Shown: positions 9,701 through 18,773, counted from the stretch's first letter. The stretch: 64,000 bases of DNA from an uncultured Vicinamibacteraceae bacterium (GCA_964342695.1 CAYFFV010000003.1:53695-117694); one strand, 5' to 3'. The notes: generated by a model not told the origin, from the letters alone. Numbers and translations: made by a program.

Positions 9701-9916
9701 GGTCAAATTTTTGTTGTGATGATTTTTTTATTTCCAGAAAAACAGTGAAGAATTTCAAGTATTAGTAGAACTGATATTAATCCAAATATCTGCAAATAAA
9801 ACAATTACTTAGTCTTTGTTCCTCCCAGTCTTTACGGTGCATCATTACCAGGCGTGTCTTTCATTTAAATCCCGTATAAACTAGTCTCCTTAGTTCATTT
9901 ATTCACATAAAAAAGT

Positions 9917-11329
9917 ATGGACGATAATAAATACGTACCAATCGATCTCCGTAACATAGTTGATACGCCGCAATGGGAATTGCTTTCACCGGATATTCAA
10001 GAAACAGTCAAGGTGGTGGGAGAGGTCCTGCCATTTAGGACCAATAAATATGTTGTAGAAGAGCTGATTGATTGGTCAAATATTCCTGCTGATCCTATTT
10101 TTCAATTGGTCTTTCCTCAAAATGGGATGTTGGCACCTGAGGATTACCAAGCCGTAAAAACCATTTTAGGCACTGGTGATAGAAGTGCTTTGTTAAACGA
10201 AATTGAACGAATAAGACGCAGTTTAAATCCTCATCCAGCCGGTCAGCTTACGCACAATATTCCAGAAGACCAAGGACAACAAGTCCAGGGTTTGCAGCAC
10301 AAGTATCGTGAGACCGTACTGTTCTTTCCCGCTCCGGGCCAGACGTGCCACGCCTATTGCACGTATTGTTTTCGATGGGCCCAGTTTGTCGGACTTCAAG
10401 ATCTTAAGTTTCAAACGAATGAATCCGATGGATTAGTTAATTATCTGAAGTCGCATTCTGAAATCACGGATGTCTTAATTACGGGTGGAGATCCGATGAT
10501 CATGCGGACTAAAGTGCTTCAACGATACTTGGAACCACTTCTTGCAGAGAGGTTGGAGCATGTCCAAAATATTCGTATCGGGACGAAGGCGGTCGCATAT
10601 TGGCCCCAACGATTTGTGTCTGATACTGACGCAGATGATTGTTTACGATTGTTTGAAAAGGTCGTTAATTCTGGTCGACATCTCGCAATTATGGGTCATT
10701 ATTCCCATCCGGTTGAGCTGGAATCCAAGGTGTCAAGATTGGCGATCGAGAGAATTCGCAGTACGGGTGCTCAAGTACGCATGCAAGCTCCACTGATCAA
10801 ACATGTCAATGATGATCCAGCAATATGGGCAGATTTGTGGAGAACAGGTGTGCGATTGGGGCTCATTCCGTACTATATGTTTGTTGAGCGAGATACAGGA
10901 GCACGAAAGTATTTTGAAGTGCCCTTGGTTCGGTGCTACGAGATTTTTAAAGAAGCTTATTCTTCGGTGTCTGGTCTGGCACGTTCAGTGCGTGGGCCAT
11001 CGATGTCTGCGTTTCCTGGTAAGGTCAGGATCTTAGGTGTTGTCCGATTGCGTGACATAACCGATTCTAATGTACTGGAACTACTTCGCGAGACCGTTGG
11101 CTTTGACGTTCTTGGTGATCCCGACAAACCATTTCTGGTTTGCGACTTTATCCAAGCTCGAGATCCATCATGGGTAAGAAAGCCATTCTTTGCTGAATTT
11201 GATGAAGGCGCTTCGTGGTTTGATGATTTAAGACCGGCGTTTGGTAAACGGCAGTTCTATTTTGAAGAGCAGGCTGATGATGTCGATCCCTACCCGCTTT
11301 TTCAGTTAACCGAAATGTTGCTAGATTAA
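9917..11329 (+). CDS. KamA/lysine 2,3-aminomutase-family radical SAM protein
   Basis: CxxxCxxC motif (CHAYCTYC), DVLITGGDPM, IRIGTK, HYSHPVEL, QAPLIKHVND, PYYMF, and a Lys in PGK at the approximate PLP-lysine position. Confidence 0.85.
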   Translation: MDDNKYVPIDLRNIVDTPQWELLSPDIQETVKVVGEVLPFRTNKYVVEELIDWSNIPADPIFQLVFPQNGMLAPEDYQAVKTILGTGDRSALLNEIERIRRSLNPHPAGQLTHNIPEDQGQQVQGLQHKYRETVLFFPAPGQTCHAYCTYCFRWAQFVGLQDLKFQTNESDGLVNYLKSHSEITDVLITGGDPMIMRTKVLQRYLEPLLAERLEHVQNIRIGTKAVAYWPQRFVSDTDADDCLRLFEKVVNSGRHLAIMGHYSHPVELESKVSRLAIERIRSTGAQVRMQAPLIKHVNDDPAIWADLWRTGVRLGLIPYYMFVERDTGARKYFEVPLVRCYEIFKEAYSSVSGLARSVRGPSMSAFPGKVRILGVVRLRDITDSNVLELLRETVGFDVLGDPDKPFLVCDFIQARDPSWVRKPFFAEFDEGASWFDDLRPAFGKRQFYFEEQADDVDPYPLFQLTEMLLD

Positions 11330-11340
11330 AATAGAGCCAT

Positions 11341-12690
11341 TCACTGAATTTTCATCGGGATACGAAGAGAGGGGCTTCCCGCGTCGCTGTACCAACATTT
11401 CGATTCTCTCACCATATCGATAGCAAGTAAGTACTGTCCTGGTTCAGCAGGGGTTTTAATCTTCAATGCCGCATCAATTTCTTCACCGGGGAGAATCGTT
11501 CGCGGCAAAGCAGTTCTCAAACCATCAAGTAAAATAATGGCTCCGTGGCGGTTGAGCCAGTGGTAGCTCAAGAAATCAGGAGCCTTATCTAGCTCGCTGG
11601 ATAACATCCGCCAGCTTTCATTTTTAAGACGCACGGATGCGAGAAATTCTTGTTCTACCGACCCTTTGTGCGGGCCATCGTATGCTAGGTACCGAACGTC
11701 ATAGGTCCCGCGCACTTCTCTTGTCCAAGTTATACCAGCAATCGGAGCTTTGGGAGGCGAGCGGTCAATAATAGGGTTCTGTAAACTCTTTGTGTCGGCT
11801 AGCCGGTCGGCAAAGATGACGAGATGTTTGGCTCTGAGGTCGAGGTCCCGATCTTGAAGAAGCTCGTCTATGTCTTTATAAAGTTCATAGGCAAGTTTGC
11901 CGAACTTAAGACGGTCAGGAGATTGTTCTTCTGCCTCAGGTGGATAATTCTCTAGTCCGGCAATTGTTCCTTGAATCTTAAGTTCATATCCCTTAAAAAA
12001 TTTTTTAAAATCGTTCACGGTGTAACGATGCTCGATGGGTTCTTCCCTTTGTTTGTAAACTATTTCTGACACGTTTTTAGTTGTGTTGTTCTCGTTTCCC
12101 GTGGCATACGCGATGCGAGTTCGAATTGTGTCAAGGTCGTGAGCAAGCCAATCGAAATTTATTTCTCTATTCCAACTTCCCTTCCAGTCTCCTTGAGGCT
12201 CGATTAGAAGGAAACGACTGACGATTTCTCCAAGTTGTTTAAGGAAGTGTGCCGGCTTAGTCATATGATGAAATGAATCAAACATCACAATTAAGTCGCA
12301 CGATTCGTCTGGAATAAAGGTTTCGATGTTTTGAGTTCTGAATGAAATATTCTTTAATCCGAGTCTCTGTACATGAGTTTCTGCGCGAGCAATACCGGCG
12401 CTACTATGGTCAATGCCCTCAAATCTTGTTTCAGGACACCGCTTCGCAAGTTCACAAGTTATTTCTCCTGTACCACAACCTAAATCAATTACATGTTTGC
12501 TTTCTCGCACAAAGGGTAACGCTAGGTCTCCAAAGCGACGAATTGTGATATTTCCTGGATACGAAAAAGAAAAAGGATCGACGACTTGTGTACCAAATAG
12601 TGAGTCGTGATAAATACGATCTCTTTCTGGAGACCATTGATAATAAGATGTGCGAAGGTAGCGCAGAAGTTGTCGAAATCGATTTAACAT
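11341..12690 (-). CDS. Class I SAM-dependent methyltransferase with C-terminal Ig-like domain
   Basis: Motif I VIDLGCGTG, motif II EGIDHS, DLIVMFDSFHH. The C-terminal beta-rich region reads LSYHW...RTALPRTILPGE...PAEPGQYLLAIDMV. Start taken as ATG 12690 (the ORF extends to 12768). Confidence 0.75.
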   Translation of the reverse strand: MLNRFRQLLRYLRTSYYQWSPERDRIYHDSLFGTQVVDPFSFSYPGNITIRRFGDLALPFVRESKHVIDLGCGTGEITCELAKRCPETRFEGIDHSSAGIARAETHVQRLGLKNISFRTQNIETFIPDESCDLIVMFDSFHHMTKPAHFLKQLGEIVSRFLLIEPQGDWKGSWNREINFDWLAHDLDTIRTRIAYATGNENNTTKNVSEIVYKQREEPIEHRYTVNDFKKFFKGYELKIQGTIAGLENYPPEAEEQSPDRLKFGKLAYELYKDIDELLQDRDLDLRAKHLVIFADRLADTKSLQNPIIDRSPPKAPIAGITWTREVRGTYDVRYLAYDGPHKGSVEQEFLASVRLKNESWRMLSSELDKAPDFLSYHWLNRHGAIILLDGLRTALPRTILPGEEIDAALKIKTPAEPGQYLLAIDMVRESKCWYSDAGSPSLRIPMKIQ

Positions 12691-12807
12691 CTTATTGCCA
12701 ATTTTAGAATGAATTTCAAAAACATTTGAGTGTCTTATTAAAAATTTGTAACTGTCTTTTGTATTCACGAAACCTGTTCAATTAAAACAGATACAATCGA
12801 AAATATC

Positions 12808-13227
12808 ATGACAGGATTACTCTTCCTTTGCGTTGCGAATAGTTCTAGAAGTCAGATGGCTGAGGGCTTAGCCAGGGCCGAGTTCGGAGATCGAGTCTTT
12901 GTGCAAAGTGCAGGTTCTAAGCCATTAAGTGTTAATCCACTAGCTGCTGAAGTCATGAGTGAGATCGGTATTGATATTTCAGGACAGTTTTCCAAGAGTG
13001 TAGAGACCGTGAATCCATCGACAGTCGATCTGGTTGTGACGCTATGTGCTGAGGAGACATGTTCGACTTTTCTGGGCAACGCTCAGCACATTCACTGGCC
13101 TCTATCTGATCCCGCAGGAGCAATTGGATCGCATAAAGAGCGTCTCGAAAAGTTCAGAAATGTTCGTAATAAACTTGCCGTGAAGATGAAAGATTTGCAT
13201 TCTACGTTAGATAGTCTGACCAGCTAA
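12808..13227 (+). CDS. arsC: Thioredoxin-coupled arsenate reductase (LMW-PTP fold)
   Basis: P-loop CVANSSRSQMAEG, SAGS, VTLCAEETC, HWPLSDPA, FRNVRN. Confidence 0.85.
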   Translation: MTGLLFLCVANSSRSQMAEGLARAEFGDRVFVQSAGSKPLSVNPLAAEVMSEIGIDISGQFSKSVETVNPSTVDLVVTLCAEETCSTFLGNAQHIHWPLSDPAGAIGSHKERLEKFRNVRNKLAVKMKDLHSTLDSLTS

Positions 13228-13298
13228 AGTATTCGTTCTGCTGAGGTGGATGCTTCCGTGTGTGTGATTTTGAAAATGTAATGACAGGATCGATTTAA

Positions 13299-14501
13299 GT
13301 GTTTTTACCTCTCGGTGACGAACCGAATCCCCGTGGAGTACCAGTTGTAACCTATGGTCTCATGGCCGTAAATGTGCTCGTGTATCTATTTGTATCGTTA
13401 CCGTTAAGTTCAATGCAACCTCATGTTACTGATCCGGCACTGAGTCAATATATTGCGGTGTTTGCAGAAAGATATGAGGGTTTACTTTCGCTAGATCAAC
13501 TAGTGGAGAGCGTTAGCGCTTATGACTTGGTTGTCTTTAATTATGGTTTTCGACCCGCTGCTCCGACGGCAATAGCTCTTTTTACCTCGATGTTTCTACA
13601 TGCAGGGTTTTTGCATCTTGTCGGGAATATGCTTTTCTTGTGGATCTACGGTGATAACGTAGAGCATCGTCTTGGACGAGGTCGTTTCCTGCTGGCTTAT
13701 CTTGTAACGGGTTTAGCCGCAACACTATTTCACACGGTTTTCGCTCTGGAATCGCCAATTCCCCTAGTTGGAGCATCTGGCGCCATTTCCGGTGTGCTTG
13801 GGTTTTATTTTCTTTGGTTTCCGCGCAATAGAATTAGATTATTGATTGCGTTTTTTCCTTTTTTTATGCGCGTAGTCCGTTGCCCGGCTCGCCTAGTGCT
13901 CGGTGTGTACCTAATTTTTGACAATATTATGCCACTTGTTATTGGCCAAGCGATTGGAGGAGGAGGAGTGGCCTACGGAGCCCATATCGGAGGTTTTGTA
14001 GGGGGGGCGTGTTGGGCGTGGTGGGCAGATCGGAGACAATTTGCTCCTGGTTCCGCTACTTATCCTTCTGTTGAGCAGAAGACACAAAAGAAAGCGGTGG
14101 TACCGGGTCAAAAAATTGCTGATTTAATCTATCGGAATCTATTTGATCAGGCAGCAGGAGAGTACTTTCGGTTAACAGGCGAAGAATCTCGACAGGTGTT
14201 GACGCCGACACACTCGATCGCACTTGGAGATTGGTTGTCCGCGAACCATTATGCGGAGGCGGCATTGATTGTGTACCAGCGACATTTGCGAGATTATCCC
14301 ATTGGTTTGTGGGCGGCCGAAGCGCATCTTGGCGCCGGACTTATTCAGTTAAATGTTTTAAAACAACCGACCGCCGCTTACCAGCATTTCATTGAAGTGT
14401 TTGATCTCAATCCAGGAGCCGCTACTGGAACCGCGGCTCGGAAAGCCTTGGCTGAAATTTCTGCGTTACAGAAATTTGAAGTACGTGACTCGTGGAGCTA
14501 G
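13299..14501 (+). CDS. Rhomboid-family intramembrane serine protease with C-terminal TPR-like region
   Basis: FTSMFLHAG.LHL.GNMLFLWIYGDNVE, catalytic GASGA and AHIGG. The helical C-terminus contains A..HLGAG.I...A...Y. Confidence 0.9.
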   Translation: MFLPLGDEPNPRGVPVVTYGLMAVNVLVYLFVSLPLSSMQPHVTDPALSQYIAVFAERYEGLLSLDQLVESVSAYDLVVFNYGFRPAAPTAIALFTSMFLHAGFLHLVGNMLFLWIYGDNVEHRLGRGRFLLAYLVTGLAATLFHTVFALESPIPLVGASGAISGVLGFYFLWFPRNRIRLLIAFFPFFMRVVRCPARLVLGVYLIFDNIMPLVIGQAIGGGGVAYGAHIGGFVGGACWAWWADRRQFAPGSATYPSVEQKTQKKAVVPGQKIADLIYRNLFDQAAGEYFRLTGEESRQVLTPTHSIALGDWLSANHYAEAALIVYQRHLRDYPIGLWAAEAHLGAGLIQLNVLKQPTAAYQHFIEVFDLNPGAATGTAARKALAEISALQKFEVRDSWS

Positions 14502-14566
14502 TCCCTTATTTATTGCATTGCCTGCTGGTTTTTGGTCAAGCGTTAAATCTCTATTTATAAATTAAA

Positions 14567-16069
14567 CTAACGATTCTCAAGCGATACCGATTCTGTTAGG
14601 TAGCCCATTAATTCTCTTTTCCACCAATGCTTTGTTCTATTCCTTTCCACTGGTGTTGTGTATCGGTATTGGTAAATTGCTAATCGGACATAACGTGGTG
14701 CAGTGCTAGGCGACGAGCGTTCTCCTAGTAGTGACACGACAGCCGTAGAATCAGTGAGCAATCTATCCATCAATGTTCTGAGCCAATGTTCGTTGCCCGC
14801 CGGGTCAAGGGCGGCAAACCACATTTGCCAATCAAGACGTGGCATGTGGGGTTGAGCAAGGCGAGGACGTTGACTGGGATCTGTTGGTTTCCAACGAAAT
14901 TCCTGCTCATGCCAGGAAACTTCATCTTGGCTAACCTCAACAATAATTTCCGGCCGAGTTGTTGTCATGACCCGAAACAATCCATATCCATTAATTGACC
15001 TGATTGGCCGGACGGCTTGCACTATCTTGTATGAGCGATTCTCGCTGAATGGCCGGGTGTCGATTTCTTCCAAGATGGTCAGGAAGCTTATGCAGGCAAT
15101 AACAGGTGTCACAGTAATTAAGGTAATACGCCAGATTTTCGGTGCGATCACTGAAAGTGTTTCATCTTTCTTAAGGGTTCTACGGAAGGATGGTAAAAAT
15201 TGACGAAGGGACGCATCGTCAAGAAGTGACAAGTAAAGAGCAATCGTTAGCAGGTTGAAGAAACCATAGTTTCCAGTGGAGGCGATTGCGATCTGGAGGC
15301 TACATAAAAGCAGACAGGCGATTCCCCGTATGCGGCGCAGTCGGCTGGGTACGAGAATAATGAATGGTACGATCAGCTCGATAAAAAACATGAACACGGT
15401 TATGCCGATATGTACCCAGGATGGTAGATGGTGCGCGTACCATCCAAGTGATGTCGGTAAAGGTTGGGTTTGATAATGAAACGTAAGAGCTGTTAATCCA
15501 GACCATGTCGGATCGCCACTCACCAGTTTAGTGATACCCGAGAGAAACGTGAGTTTAAACGCTAATGCCCAGACAAGCCAACGAACAATTCCTGAAACAT
15601 TACTATCGCTTCCTGGACGTGGCCACCATCCCCATGGTGAGTACAGGCACGCAATTAACCCTGTTTCTAGAAGCAAGATGTCCCATTGAAATGCAAGGAA
15701 TGACTGTCCGGCGATCGTTAGTGATAGATACAACATCCAGAGTAAAGCAAAGAGTCCGATTGGAAACACTCCGAGAATGACAAGGGTTGAAGCGATAATT
15801 CCTGTCCATGTAAGGACAAGAACGGCCGTATCGCTGGCGGATAACCACAGCAAGGTCGGGAACTTATAATACGCATCTGAGCCAAAGAAGTCGTGAGACT
15901 GCGAAAGGTATTCTTCAACAGGTAAAAGACCTTCTGTTCCTATAAGTCCCAAAATTTGAGGCAATAGGGAGATAAAGGCAATGAGGTAGGTGACCCCAAT
16001 TAATCTCAGAAACACCCGCCGGGAAAGTTGAAAATTCTGTGGCTTTGACGATGAAACCTTACCGGTCAT
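14567..16069 (-). CDS. Lipase maturation factor (LMF) family membrane protein
   Basis: FQWDILLLETG, HYQTQPLP, GNYGFFNLL, NGYGLF, PHMPRLDWQMWFAAL. Confidence 0.9.
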   Translation of the reverse strand: MTGKVSSSKPQNFQLSRRVFLRLIGVTYLIAFISLLPQILGLIGTEGLLPVEEYLSQSHDFFGSDAYYKFPTLLWLSASDTAVLVLTWTGIIASTLVILGVFPIGLFALLWMLYLSLTIAGQSFLAFQWDILLLETGLIACLYSPWGWWPRPGSDSNVSGIVRWLVWALAFKLTFLSGITKLVSGDPTWSGLTALTFHYQTQPLPTSLGWYAHHLPSWVHIGITVFMFFIELIVPFIILVPSRLRRIRGIACLLLCSLQIAIASTGNYGFFNLLTIALYLSLLDDASLRQFLPSFRRTLKKDETLSVIAPKIWRITLITVTPVIACISFLTILEEIDTRPFSENRSYKIVQAVRPIRSINGYGLFRVMTTTRPEIIVEVSQDEVSWHEQEFRWKPTDPSQRPRLAQPHMPRLDWQMWFAALDPAGNEHWLRTLMDRLLTDSTAVVSLLGERSSPSTAPRYVRLAIYQYRYTTPVERNRTKHWWKRELMGYLTESVSLENR

Positions 16070-16119
16070 GATTTGCCTGTACTATAATTATAGATTTGAA
16101 GGTTAGTTTCCCTCCATGC

Positions 16120-16193
16120 TGGGAGGTCGTTCAATGGTAGGACACGTGGCTCTGACCCACGGTATCGGGGTTCGAATCCCTGCCTCCCAGCCA
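16120..16193 (+). tRNA. tRNA-Gln(CTG)
   Basis: TGGGAGG pairs with CCTCCCA (U1-A72), followed by GCCA. D arm GTTCAATGGTAGGAC; anticodon arm CGTGG-CT-CTG-AC-CCACG; T loop GGGTTCGAATCCC. Confidence 0.95.
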
Positions 16194-16274
16194 AACACAA
16201 AGACTCCGACCAAGGTTCGTCCATAAATGGGAAGTTAAAAATTAAGATAAATTCAAATAAAATTATAAAAACTA

Positions 16275-16304
16275 TTGACCGACCAAAAAGGTCGGATATA
16301 TACT
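16275..16304 (+). promoter_or_regulatory. Sigma70-type promoter upstream of porin-like gene
   Basis: TTGACC (16275-16280), 18 nt spacer, TATACT (16299-16304), in an AT-rich intergenic region. Confidence 0.65.
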
Positions 16305-16307
16305 ATT

Positions 16308-16326
16308 GCTAATGAGACTCATTCTC
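16308..16326. promoter_or_regulatory. Fur-family operator (Fur box)
   Basis: GCTAATGAGACTCATTCTC matches 15 of 19 positions of the classical GATAATGATAATCATTATC. It contains the perfect inverted repeat AATGAG-A-CTCATT and overlaps the expected transcription start. Confidence 0.65.
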
Positions 16327-16483
16327 AATTTTTTTTATATAAAAAGCCCGCTGATGCTGCTACACCAGCGGGCAAGTTAACAACGACTTTATCAGTGCTA
16401 TTAACCAATGCTTTAGTAGTCGCGTTAACAAGAGCATTTTACTCTCGTTATCGTGAGAAACAATAAGAAAGGGACAACGAGAG

Positions 16484-17830
16484 ATGGTTAAATTAATTTT
16501 CAAGATAATTCCGATACTGATTTTTTCGGTAGTCAGTATTTTTTCTCCAGTCGATGCGAAGGCTCAGTCTGGGCCGAATGCCACCGAGCTTGCAACTTCT
16601 CCGGCAGCAGTAACTTTACCGGCGGAAGAAAATGAGGAACAAGAGTCCGATATTGAAGAGCTCGAGCGCCGTATCGATGTGCTTGCTGAAGAGATCGAGC
16701 GGCTCCGAAGTGGAGAGCCAGAGATCGAAGTAACGGACGATCGTGCTCGAGCATTGGGTGTTGCGCCCTCCGCTGCTGGGGTCTACCGAACGGAAAGCGG
16801 TTTTTCAATAGCTGGATATGGCGAAATGTTGATTGAGAACTATGCTGACGCGAGGCAAAATGGTTCTCCCTCAGGCGCAACCACAAAATCTGATTTCCTA
16901 CGCCACATCATTTACACAGGATATCGTTTTAATGACAAGTTTCTTTTTAACTCTGAAATTGAAATCGAACATGCCAAGGAAGCGTACGTCGAATTTGCTT
17001 ATTTGGATTATCAAATGAACGAGAACTTTGGTCTAAGAGGTGGTATGTTGCTTATCCCTATGGGATTGGTCAATGAATTCCATGAACCAACAGTCTTTCT
17101 CGGCGCAGAGCGACCGGTAACAGAACAGAAAATTATTCCTTCTACCTGGCGTGAAAACGGTGGTGGTTTCTACGGTGCATTCGAGAAGGTGAATTTCCGT
17201 GTGTATGTTGTGAACGGTTTCAATGGTGCCAAGTTTGCATCCAGCGGTCTGCGCGGTGGTAGGCAAAAAGGCGGCAAGGCGAAATCCGAAAACATGGCTA
17301 TTACGGGGCGTCTTGACTTTGCTCCAACACCGGGTGTCTTTTTGGGAGGAAGCTTCTATTCTGGTGGTTCTGCTCAGGGCCAGGTTGAAGATAAGAGCGT
17401 AAATGTTTCAATCTTTGATGTGCATGCACAGGCACAAATACGTGGTTTTGACGTCCGCGCACTCTACGCAACTGCCAATCTTGGAGATATCGTACATCTC
17501 AATGATAGCCTCGGGCTTGTAGGCTCAGCGGCTGTTGGGGACAAAATGCAAGGTGGCTACTTTCAGGTTGGGTACAATCTTTTGTCGCAGATACCTGCGG
17601 CAGGAAATGTAGCGTTGACCCCGTATGTTCGACTTGAGAAGGTGGACACCCAAGCGTCGATGCAATCTGGCTATAGCCGAAGCCTTTCGACCAATAACAG
17701 ATACACAGTGCTCGGGATCGAACTAAAACCTATTTCTAATATTGTCCTAAAGGTCGATCACATGTGGGTCGACAATGAAGCGCAATCCGGTATTAATCAA
17801 TTTAATGTCAACTTAGGGTATGCATTTTAA
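16484..17830 (+). CDS. Outer-membrane porin-like beta-barrel (OprO/OprP-like superfamily) with N-terminal coiled coil
   Basis: Signal peptide; coiled coil IEELERRIDVLAEEIERL; motifs IAGYGE, GYRFNDKF.FNSEIEIEH, EFAYLDY, GLVNEFHEPT, IIPSTWRE; C-terminal NLGYAF. Confidence 0.75.
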   Translation: MVKLIFKIIPILIFSVVSIFSPVDAKAQSGPNATELATSPAAVTLPAEENEEQESDIEELERRIDVLAEEIERLRSGEPEIEVTDDRARALGVAPSAAGVYRTESGFSIAGYGEMLIENYADARQNGSPSGATTKSDFLRHIIYTGYRFNDKFLFNSEIEIEHAKEAYVEFAYLDYQMNENFGLRGGMLLIPMGLVNEFHEPTVFLGAERPVTEQKIIPSTWRENGGGFYGAFEKVNFRVYVVNGFNGAKFASSGLRGGRQKGGKAKSENMAITGRLDFAPTPGVFLGGSFYSGGSAQGQVEDKSVNVSIFDVHAQAQIRGFDVRALYATANLGDIVHLNDSLGLVGSAAVGDKMQGGYFQVGYNLLSQIPAAGNVALTPYVRLEKVDTQASMQSGYSRSLSTNNRYTVLGIELKPISNIVLKVDHMWVDNEAQSGINQFNVNLGYAF

Positions 17831-17892
17831 AGTCATTTCAAAGTTGCAACATATCGTTGTTCACTAACTCACTCACCGTAAGTGAACCCGAT

Positions 17893-17934
17893 AAAAGCTC
17901 CCAGATGATCCTAGAGCGTCTGGGGGCTTTTTTT
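17893..17934. terminator. Rho-independent (probably bidirectional) terminator
   Basis: AAAAGCTCCCAGATG...CGTCTGGGGGC followed by 7 T, with an A-tract on the 5' side. It lies between the convergent porin and cytochrome genes. Confidence 0.75.
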
Positions 17935-18191
17935 ATCTAAGGTAACCAAACGATATTAATTCTTGGAGATCGGATTCCGGTAGATTGATTTCTTCACAGC
18001 GGAATTTTCTTACTTTAAAAATAAGTTGGATTGCTAAACACCTTAGAATTTTAAGTGCAGTTTGAATGTTATATCTAGAGGATTTCCCATTAGCCCTAGA
18101 AGTGTTTGTGAAGTAAAGAGATCTTAAAAATTAGAGAGACAGTTCATTAAATAAAAAATAGAAAGAATCTTGAATAATCTGTTCTTCTTCG

Positions 18192-18773
18192 TTAAAACCC
18201 AGCTCTTAATGTTCCTTTTTCTCGCGCTATCGGTAAAAGCGTCGGGTAGAACTGCACGAACGTACGCTCTACTGCTCCGTGTTCCGTATGGCACTTAATA
18301 CACCCAGCTTCAATTTCTCCGCTTAGTGGTTCAGCAAGAGAAGAAAGTCCAAAATTAAAATAGCCCCATTTTTTGGGAAGTCGTGAATCTTTGACTTCTG
18401 CCTCGAGAGCAACGAGGTCACTTTGAAACTGTCCTGCCCCACTAATCTTTGCATCAGTACTGGACTGACGTGCTTCAAGGATAAAAATAGTCTTATCTGG
18501 CCACTGCCCCGTTTTTCTAAACGAAACATAGGATGAAGGGTTGACAAAAACGTTCGTAAACAATTCTGGAGAGTTTGATTGAACACCCGGTCCTGAGTCG
18601 TATGTCATACCTAACCCTGATCCTAAAAAAGGCCACAGACGAAAGTCACTCGGAAGAACCAGTTTGTTATCGGTGGTGTATTGTGGTTCCTCATCTATTT
18701 GTGATTGGGCCGGTATTAATGTTTGCGTTGCGATCATAAACCCGATCATCGCAAGTAAAATGTTCATGATCAC
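18192..18773 (-). CDS. Cytochrome P460 / cytochrome c'-beta family protein
   Basis: Signal peptide; LVLPSDFRLWPFLGS, FTNVFVNP, WPDKTIFILE, EAEVKD, WGYFNF; a single C-terminal CIKCH heme c motif; FVQFYP. RBS AAGGAG upstream. Confidence 0.85.
   Translation of the reverse strand: MIMNILLAMIGFMIATQTLIPAQSQIDEEPQYTTDNKLVLPSDFRLWPFLGSGLGMTYDSGPGVQSNSPELFTNVFVNPSSYVSFRKTGQWPDKTIFILEARQSSTDAKISGAGQFQSDLVALEAEVKDSRLPKKWGYFNFGLSSLAEPLSGEIEAGCIKCHTEHGAVERTFVQFYPTLLPIAREKGTLRAGF

Noticed and set aside
12808-13227. Arsenic-resistance operon
   Set aside because: Only arsC is present; there is no arsR, acr3/arsB or arsH nearby.
3869-16193. Genomic island bounded by tRNA-Ser and tRNA-Gln
   Set aside because: I found no integrase or transposase and no duplicated tRNA 3' end (att site) by eye. 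The intervening genes look like ordinary lineage content.
16275-16466. 63 aa ORF upstream of the porin (possible leader peptide)
   Set aside because: Its TTG start is the -35 box and it runs through the Fur box, so it is better explained as promoter and UTR.
18192-18773. Marker of ammonia/hydroxylamine oxidation
   Set aside because: The cross-link Lys appears absent and there are no amo or hao genes in the window.
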